64,000 nt of DNA, taken from positions 206,150,001 to 206,214,000 of the forward strand of contig OZ024741.1 in assembly GCA_964016885.1 (NCBI GenBank), written 5' to 3'. This document shows positions 55,725-64,000 of the stretch, in pieces. The DNA comes from Eledone cirrhosa (Eukaryota). The notes under the pieces were generated by a model. That model worked only from the letters and a program-made list of their open reading frames with translations, was not told where the DNA came from and made no database searches. A program made the translations under genes and the position numbers. Numbering within the stretch: position 1 is the stretch's first letter; every line of letters begins with the position of its first letter.

Positions 55725-57105
55725 ATACTTTGGGAGGGTCATGTTGCCAATAAGAAACACACGCACCAGTTGCTTTCACTTCAATTTATTATATATTTAT
55801 AAATTTACAAATTTACAAATCTATAAATTTCTGGTTGGTTGGTTGGTTCCACAACCAGGTAGTTGTTTATATATAGTCATAGTCCTTTCGTCACACATTC
55901 TGTGACCTCTTCAGTGACTGGGGATTCCTTTCTTTGTTTCTGTGCCTTTGCTTTCTTCCGTCCTACGCCATTTTGTTCATGTGTGTGTGTTGTGTGCTCA
56001 GTTTGCGCATGCGCCACATCCGGGTGTCTGTGTGTGTTTATGTTCATTTATCTATTTGTTTATTTATTTATTTATTTACATGTTATTGGTTGGTTGTTTG
56101 TTCTATGTGTGTGTGTGTTTTCATTTTGTCCTTAATTGTAAGTTGTGATGTTGTTGTTCCACTCATATTTTCTATTTAATTTTGGTTGTAATTCTTTTAT
56201 GTTTATTTCCTCTGTAATTTGTCTAAACATTGCATCTTTTCTGTGTGTAGATTCTATTTTTATTTCTATGTTCTCTAATTTACCCTTGTGTTCTATCTTA
56301 GCATGCTGGTAGAGTACAGATGATTCTTTATTATCTTGAGGGTCTCGCCAGTGTTCATTTATCCGTTCCCCTATACTACGAGCTGTCTCACCTATGTACA
56401 CTATATTTTTGTTTCTACATTGTCCTTCAGTACATCTTATGCTATACACTACATTTCTAGTTTTACAGTTAATATGGGGGCTTATTTTACAGGTTATACA
56501 TTTCTTATCTATACATGAGGGTCTTTGAAACGGGTATGTCTTGCTAATGAGTGTTTTTACGAAGGTACCTGGTCTTTCTACTATCCTAATATTGAGTTTA
56601 TTTTTATTTAGGGCCCTTCTAAATTCGTAGGCTAGTTCGCCTCTAGGGGTTGTATCGATGAACATTACACTCTGGTATTTATTGCTATCATACCATGAGT
56701 TTATTCTATTAGCCTTGTTCCTAGTTCTTTCTATTCTATTCCAAAATTTGCTCCTATACAAGGGGCAGGTCCCATTTATGTCATTATTTACCATTTTTTC
56801 CCATTTGGTTCTGGCTCCTCTATACACTCTGATTCTATCTCTCTGATTGTAGCCAGAGAACTGCATACGTGGATGAAGTGTTGTATGTGTCTCTCTAGTT
56901 CTTCAGGGTTGCACATGCGGGACACATTTCTCATCACCCGTACCAAATCCGCAATCAGTATGTTGATTTTGGTATGGTCCGAAATGGCCGAGTTTCGGTG
57001 GATCAGATGTTTGGAAGTCATGGGTTTGGCATAATGGGAATGGAGGATTTGTTTTTGGTTGTTAATGGTATCTAACCAGAGCTCTGTGTCTAGTACAGGT
57101 AATCG
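55720..57105 (-). mobile_element. 5'-truncated Penelope-like element, family B (RT thumb + GIY-YIG + HHR terminus)
   Basis: LPVLDTELWL; ORF 56132-56866 with NVVYSIRC...YIGETARSIGERINEH. Confidence 0.9.
55875..55919 (-). ncRNA. Minimal type I hammerhead ribozyme
   Basis: Reverse complement reads AGTCA-CTGAAGA-G-GTCACA-GAATG-TGTGAC-GAAAGGACT-A-TGACT. Confidence 0.75.
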
Positions 57106-59350
57106 ATGGAGACGCAGAAGAAACCTTTTTCCAAAAGATGCTATATTTAATATTTTTGTCTTTCAAAGACCATATGAGTTCTGAGAGAGCCGTGTTGGTT
57201 CTTTTAAGTTTGTATTTAAAAGACGAATGATGGTTATAAAGACGAGCTTTAAAGGAGGTGGAAGTGGAGCCAAAATAGGTGAAGGAATTGGTGTCAGTTA
57301 TAACTTTACATTCGTAAATTAAGTTTTTATCAAGACAATGGTTGTTGAGAGGACATTTATTTTTAACAGGGCAATTGCAATTGCGATTAGAGAGATTATT
57401 AACGAGTGACCTAGTGTTATCTATAGAAGGAATTGGATTGGAGAAGTTATTTGCGATAGGAATAATAGTTTCTTGATTTAGAATGGGATTAAGAACATTT
57501 AGCGAAGTTGTGTTTGACGTTGTATTTGGGTTTGCAGAAATTAGCCTAGGGTTTACAATGACGTCGGGAGTGCTATTACTATTATTATGATATTCAGTGT
57601 TGGAAGGAAGAGATTTAGTATTTAGTATTTTATTGTTGTGTTTAGAGATAATGTTGGAAATGTTGGAGGATGTCGAATAGGAAAATTTTATAGTGTGTTT
57701 GTTAAATATTTTACTATAGATATGTGAGGGAGGGAAGCATTTATTTAAGGCACTAAAGAATAATTTAGGAATATTATTATTAATAGAGATGGAGAAAGGA
57801 GCATTATACCAGATTATATTTTTGTATCTAGGTCTTTTATTAAAGTTATTGGAATGATCATGATTAATTATTCTACTGTAAGATCTTCTAGAATTTGTTT
57901 TTTTACTATATTTGATTTTATCAGTATAGCCGGCTTTAGAAAGCGCGTTATTATAGTAATTGGCGTTAGCATCAAAGATGTTTTTATTAGAAGATAGGTT
58001 AGATATTCTTTTTCCAATATTACTAACGATAGCATTCTTGATATTAGTAGGATGGTTAGATTTAAAATTAACATAATTTAGGTTCTCATTGTTTTTATGG
58101 TAAGGGTAATATAGGCCAGTGTCAAGATTTAGAGATACATCCAAGAAATTAGCTAGTTTGATGCTGTTATCAAATTCAATTTTTAGGTTATGTTGGTTAA
58201 AGAGATGACGTATATTGTTCTTAATAATATTAAGGTTAACTATGTTGCAATTTAAGATAGTAAAGAGTCCATCGTCACGATAAATTCCACCGCGAAGTTG
58301 AGGAATTTTCCGACTCAAAGAGTTCAAAATAAAGATACCAATTAAATCTGTCAATTGGGATGAATCGGATGCTCCCATTGTGATGTCGAAGTTGTTAGAG
58401 GTATCGGCTCTGGTCCAATATTCATTGTTGAACTCTAGGATGGTTTTACGTGCGGTGAGAATGATGTGAAGTTCATCTGTGGTGATGTCAGAATATTTAA
58501 GTGCGAAAGATAGAGCATTATTGAGAAGTGAAGGCGAAATAGAAGAATAGTAGCTGGCAATATCAAATTGAACAAATTTTAGTTTGTTTTTATTATTCAA
58601 TTTGTTGAACCAGCCAATCACTTCAGAAGTACCAAACCATAAATTTAAGTTCAAAGAAGAGCAATTAGAACGAACCTGTGGGATAATTCTATCCAAGATG
58701 GCTTTACTAACAACCCCCAGATCTGATTTAGAGGGGGCGATTAATCTAACAGGTAGTTCAGTGCGAAAATTGTTTTTGTGATCCTTGAGATTTATCCTCG
58801 GAGTTCTTGGGAGGAATGGTTCGGTCTTTTTTTCGATGCCAAGTTTTGACATAATCTCAGAGGCTTCAAAGTTTATGTATTCTAAATTATCATGGTTGGT
58901 TTTACGATATTTGTTCCTAAGTTCCTTTAGGATAAGGTTGTTATAATTATCCTTGGAAATACCATATACATTATTGGTTTTGTCAGAGTGGACTAACACA
59001 TTTTTTGAGGAATTTAGGTTTGAAATTGTGTTCTTCAGATTTACAAGGTGCTCTTGTCCTTTGTAAGGGTATCTCTTGAATTTAAGATTTTTTATAATTT
59101 TAGTTAACTCTTCCTCGAATTGCACTAGATTTTTGTTGGAAGGAGGATTTCTTCTAGAATTAAATAGATGATCGAGGAAGTTATGTTCCTTGGTATAGAA
59201 GTTCCCTTTTAGGCGCTGGTCATAGAAATAAGCTATCCATCTAAGTCTTCTTGCAAAGGAGTCAGTTTTTTCAATTAGAAGTTTGGTGAATTCACATTTA
59301 CCAGGTATAGGAATGTCTTTAGTTGAATTGGTTATGTTGTAATAATCCAT
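57062..59350 (-). CDS. Penelope-like retroelement polyprotein: reverse transcriptase + GIY-YIG endonuclease (family A), last residues replaced at a chimeric junction
   Basis: Uninterrupted 762-codon ORF with SDKT, QFDIASYYSSI, FDITMGASDS, GIYRDDG, NFLDV and CNC...CP...C...LIYEC...YFGST...FKARLYNH. Confidence 0.9.
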   Translation of the reverse strand: MDYYNITNSTKDIPIPGKCEFTKLLIEKTDSFARRLRWIAYFYDQRLKGNFYTKEHNFLDHLFNSRRNPPSNKNLVQFEEELTKIIKNLKFKRYPYKGQEHLVNLKNTISNLNSSKNVLVHSDKTNNVYGISKDNYNNLILKELRNKYRKTNHDNLEYINFEASEIMSKLGIEKKTEPFLPRTPRINLKDHKNNFRTELPVRLIAPSKSDLGVVSKAILDRIIPQVRSNCSSLNLNLWFGTSEVIGWFNKLNNKNKLKFVQFDIASYYSSISPSLLNNALSFALKYSDITTDELHIILTARKTILEFNNEYWTRADTSNNFDITMGASDSSQLTDLIGIFILNSLSRKIPQLRGGIYRDDGLFTILNCNIVNLNIIKNNIRHLFNQHNLKIEFDNSIKLANFLDVSLNLDTGLYYPYHKNNENLNYVNFKSNHPTNIKNAIVSNIGKRISNLSSNKNIFDANANYYNNALSKAGYTDKIKYSKKTNSRRSYSRIINHDHSNNFNKRPRYKNIIWYNAPFSISINNNIPKLFFSALNKCFPPSHIYSKIFNKHTIKFSYSTSSNISNIISKHNNKILNTKSLPSNTEYHNNSNSTPDVIVNPRLISANPNTTSNTTSLNVLNPILNQETIIPIANNFSNPIPSIDNTRSLVNNLSNRNCNCPVKNKCPLNNHCLDKNLIYECKVITDTNSFTYFGSTSTSFKARLYNHHSSFKYKLKRTNTALSELIWSLKDKNIKYSIFWKKVSSASPSITCTRHRALVRYH

Positions 59351-59520
59351 GTTGTAGAAGAAAAAAGTAAAGGACCATCAAAAGATATCCAATATGAGAG
59401 TTAGCGCTCAACCGTTAAGGAGCAAGTTAATGTAGGAGGTGAGTTTTATTGTAGTACAATAAAGCAATGCAGATATCGGATAAGAAGCACTCTACAGTTT
59501 GTAGGACTGGAGTATACATA
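57106..59520 (-). mobile_element. Penelope-like element, family A, near full length but lacking its own 3' end
   Basis: ORF plus 5' terminal repeat segment (59433-59515) abutting (TA)n. Confidence 0.9.
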
Positions 59521-60046
59521 ATATATATATATATATAATTACAAGATTATATATATATATATAATTACAAGAAACGTAGCGGGCAGTGTGGTTACTATAA
59601 ACATATATATATATAGTTACTCTAAACATACTGTATATATATAGTAATAATAATAAATTTGAAGACTAAAATCCAAAGAGGATAAATATATATCAAATAT
59701 ATAAGAGCCCTAGAGCAAATATATATTAAATAATAGATTAAAGTTTAAGCAAAGTACCGTCTTCCTGTCTTCCTTCGGTTGCAACGTTTTTCGAAATATT
59801 TACTTCTGCGTCACAGATTGATTTTTTTTTAGTTTCAGAAGATCCCATTAAGGGTGAAAGCAGCGATTCTTTGCTTAAACTTTAATCTGTTATTTTGAGA
59901 CCGTGCCAGGTGATGTTGACTGCCATCAGGTCCTTCCGGAAGGTTCGTCGCCAGGTGATCCTTGGGCAACCCCGCCTCCGTTTAACGCCAGGCGGAGTTC
60001 AGTTTATTGCTGTTTTTCGAATGCTGTTCATTTGGCATATGTATAT

Positions 60047-60156
<110 letters not shown>

Positions 60157-60159
60157 CTA

Positions 60160-61700
60160 TGTATATATAACGAATAAATGATGATTAACACGGATAAGCG
60201 ATACAATAGGGTTTTATTCCAAGCATTAACATATGTTTCATTGTCTAGTATGTAATCGATTGTGTCTTAAAATCGCTATCTACGATGTTATTGTGAAATT
60301 CGGTTTTAAATACTGTTTATACCAGGCAAATTATCAAAACACTGATTTTGGAATCAGCGATACAACGTTTTTATACTAAGTCATATAAACATCAAGATGA
60401 AAAACAAAATAAATAAATTTAGGAGTTCATATTGTAGGAAAATACAAGATAAAATAATATGATAATAAAAGTGAAGAATGAGGTATACAATGTATGTTAT
60501 AAAGTAAAAATTAAATGATACCATATGTGAAGAGAAGAAAAGAAGAAAGGGTGATATTGAGAGTGTTCTTATAGTCTATGTAGGTGTGTCTTTACATTGT
60601 CAGCTTCTCTTGCATCAGATTGGTTAAGAATTTGTCCTTTGTTGCCGTTAGATTGGTGGGTTATTAATGGCTTTAATGAGGCAGTGGGGTGCATTTGGTT
60701 GGTTAAGTACTTTGATTATTTATGGTGCTATTGAGATTATTGGTAGATAAATGGCTATGTTTGCAAGATAAGGTATGATAAATATGTAATGTGGCGTCTT
60801 GTTAAGATGGTAAGAGAGGTATTTTAGACTATCTAGTGGCACCTAGTTTTCAAATGTTATAAGTCTGGGAAACAGTTAGGGTATTGGATCGAATCCCATC
60901 TATTGTGGTTTGTAGTTTATGTATGTGTTGGCGTATCTGTGTCGACAATATATGGTGCATTCTATCTTGTTATTTAATAATTTGTTATTATATTGTAAAA
61001 TATGAGAGTAATTCCATATTACATAATTTGCCTTGGGTCATCTCGTGAGTGTAAGCTCTGGAATTAGATAATTTAGACCAAAATATTTAGTATTTTTGTT
61101 TGTTACTAACAAGCTGCCAAATTTTACTAGCCAGAGTCATTGTGTTTCTGAGTTTGCGGTTTTTAATTGAGTTCCTATGCACATACCAGCGTCTCTTGAA
61201 TTATTTTGCTGTAGAACCCATGTAATGCCATTCCAGGTCACCCGATTTTATGGTACATAGATTCACTACTTTGGATTCAATGCATTTGTTCTGTAGTGGG
61301 CATTTATCTGGCAGATGGCAATTACATTTAGTGGCTTTCCTCTGTAGTGGCTCTACGTTACAGCCCATGAATGGCTTGAATCGGGCTGGGTTGTTGGTCG
61401 ATTTACGTTATGTTGGTGCGTTGTATAGTGTCAATTGGCTGGTTGCGACGTAGTTACAGTGTAGTGTTTGATTTTAGATGTTATGCTGGTAGTATGTGGA
61501 CCAATAATTTTAGAGATTATTCTTGAGTTGAGTTTTTTATGTATGTTTCTATATTTGTTGCAGTAGAATATGATAGTTTAATAGTCTCCCTATTAAAAAT
61601 TATGTGGTATTTATGTGGCTTTGAGAAGTGTTTATCTATTAGATTAAAGAAGACAACAAAAAAGTAGCGACGTTTCAAATAAGAGTTGTGACATTTAGAG
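60160..61700 (-). mobile_element. Old degraded family-A-like PLE 3' part
   Basis: [28 protein letters not shown] and YMGST remnants. Confidence 0.7.
60222..60343 (-). ncRNA. Type I hammerhead variant (U3-A8 core, long stem II)
   Basis: Reverse complement reads AGTGTT-TTGATAA-TTTGCCTGGTAT...ATACTAGACAAT-GAAA-CATATGT-T-AATGCT. Confidence 0.6.
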
Positions 61701-61960
61701 TTTCCTTTGTCTGATCTGACGATTGGTTTAATACGCAGAGTGGACCGTACCTCAATAAATGTGCCATATGTAATATATAGAGATTGGGATTCTTCCATGT
61801 ACTTGCCATCTCTATATATACATAATTCTTTGTCTCTTTGTCTGTCTGTTCGTTATGTATTCCCAAACGGCTCAGCCAAATCAAATCGAATTTTACAATG
61901 ACAACATATAATTTTTATTTTCATTTGGATTAAAACATTATTATAATTTATCTAAAATAA

Positions 61961-62272
61961 TCTACTATATAGACAAATATAAGTAAACGGATATTTTATA
62001 AGACGACGACGACGTCACATTTTGTATATGAGTATGTATGAGTCTGTGAGCCTGTGTGTGTTTGTGCGTTCCTTACGTACGTTACGCCTTAGTAAGTTAC
62101 ATACACACACATCTTCACGTAAATACTTAATCAGACACACAGATAATTAAACACACGATTCGGAAGCAGGCCTACACACACACACACACACACGTATACG
62201 CACACATTTATACATTCACACCCGCACACACACACGCACGCACGCACGCACACTCACACACACACACACACT

Positions 62273-62366
<94 letters not shown>

Positions 62367-62958
62367 CACTTATATACAATTATCTATATCTATATCTACA
62401 TATGGTATAGAATATTGGAACTTCCATCATCCTTTTGAGAAACGTGGACCCGCTACTTCTATGCAATGGCACACACTTTACTGCCCGGAAGATGATGAAT
62501 CATCTCCTAGAGGTCACAATTCTTGGAGGAAATCATCAAAGAGAAAATGCATTTATTTCCAAGATTCCTTTTACCCCTTCCTCCACCGAGCTGCCATTCA
62601 AATTCTCAAGACTTCAGTTCCCTGATAGAGCCAGTTTTGCTATGACCATACAGAAAGCACAGACTCAATGTCTCAAAGTTGTAAAATTGAATATGAGAGA
62701 ATCAGTTTTTACTCATGGACAGTTATATGTAGGTTGTTCGCGCATGGAAATAGCTAAAAATCTTCATATACTATGCATGAACGGTAAAACAAAGAATCTG
62801 GTGTATCTGGAAGATTTTTTACTGTTTATTCTTTTTTGTAACACACACCATGATCTCGCCTCATACTGCAAACCAGACAAACATTCAATGCCATCATTTT
62901 CTCTTCTACCTGTCTTCTCTTATCTGTTTGCCCGGGCGAAGCTGGCTACGTCAGCTAG
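61961..62958 (+). mobile_element. Non-autonomous Helitron with PIF1-like helicase C-terminal remnant
   Basis: LCNGT, RLQFPDRASFAMTIQKAQ and FTHGQLYVGCSR in ORF 62435-62968; hairpin CCCGGGCGAAGCTGG and CTAG|T end; the 5' A|TCTACTATAT start is less certain. Confidence 0.8.
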
Positions 62959-63262
62959 TATTCAATAAACAGAGATTATTGTTTCTCAATATTTGTGGCA
63001 ACAGATGTGCAAGTTCAAACTCACAGAATCACATACTTCCGAACAAATTGGTATACAGAACTATTTATTAACAAGCCCAGAGTGATAAGGGTCTACAAGT
63101 ATCATTGAAATACAGGTTCACAGAACCACTAGCTTACAGAAATAAAACTCATAGATCAGCTTAGACAATATAATAAAGCAACGACAATAAGGACGAAACA
63201 GGTATTATATTGCATGCATTCCAGCATGACTTTAGACATGAAAAATAATTAAAAGAAAATAC

Positions 63263-63634
63263 CTTGTATTGGTAGTGCCAAATCTTTGTCAAAACCAACG
63301 CAGAGTGTCTTGGCTATCAGACTGTAAGCCATCATCATCATCAGTAGCGGTAACAGGAAAAGTACAATATCCAACAAAATCTGGTAAACCTTTCCCAATG
63401 TCTTGTCTGGCCATATCTCAATGCAAAGCTTATTACCGTTTCGCATGGTTCGCAACTCTTGGAAAATTGCCACCGGAAGCGTGAATAGTAGCGCCGACAA
63501 CCATCCCCCCAGGATGATCTTGTAGGCATGAGATAAAGTCTGCCAACGTCGAGATCGTAGCGGGTGACAGATAGCAAAATAGCGTTCCAGTGAGAGGGCG
63601 AGCAGAGTGAAGGAGTTCACAGCTACGATGGTGG
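63263..63634 (-). CDS. CCKAR: Internal exon (TM3-TM5) of a cholecystokinin/sulfakinin-type class A GPCR
   Basis: LALSLERYFAICHPLRSRRWQTLSHAYKII...CIEIWP...LLDIVLFLLPLLMMMMAYSLI; acceptor ttctctttgcag and donor caag|gtattt; 372 nt, phase 1-1. The symbol is family-level only. Confidence 0.88.
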
Positions 63635-63649
63635 CTGCAAAGAGAACAC

Positions 63650-63788
63650 ATAAATGGTGATAATGATAGTAAAGTTAATGATGATGGTTGTGTTGATGAT
63701 ATTGAGGACGATGACGGTGGGGACGCAAGTGTTAATCACAGTGATGAAAATGATGATGATGGTAATGATGATGATGATGATGATAATA

Positions 63789-63865
<77 letters not shown>

Positions 63866-64000
63866 GATGATGATGATAGTTATCAGAACGGAGACGATAG
63901 TTATGATGCTACTGATTATGGACCTGATACTGCTGATAATGATGATGGTGAACATGCTATGATGGCATTAATAATAGTGATGATGATGATGATGATGATG
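63650..64000. repeat. (GAT)n trinucleotide repeat
   Basis: Direct reading. Confidence 0.95.

Noticed and set aside
63623-63962. Poly-Met / poly-Ile ORFs next to the GPCR exon
   Set aside because: (GAT)n repeat lying on the intron side of the splice acceptor

Overview
AT-rich, microsatellite-dense animal nuclear DNA, most likely an octopod cephalopod (octopus-like COX1 NUMT, high-copy tRNA-derived SINEs). The only host coding sequence found is one minus-strand internal exon (63263-63634, TM3-TM5) of a CCK/sulfakinin-type GPCR. No TM6/TM7 exon was found downstream, so most of the window is probably one very long intron. The rest is mobile DNA: at least seven Penelope-like elements (PLEs; one with an open 762-codon RT+GIY-YIG frame), Helitron deletion derivatives, CRE-, R4/Dong-, Tx1- and RTE-type LINE remnants, SINEs, a mariner remnant and a MITE. 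Reading for RNA structure gives about a dozen type I hammerhead ribozyme (HHR) motifs in PLE termini and many fold-back inverted duplications near them. The most notable signal is a repeat family with five copies of a hammerhead-like motif whose strands are in a non-circularly permuted (pseudoknotted) order with covarying stems; two copies sit in a 513-bp head-to-tail repeat. All calls are by eye, with no database search or folding software, and element boundaries are approximate.
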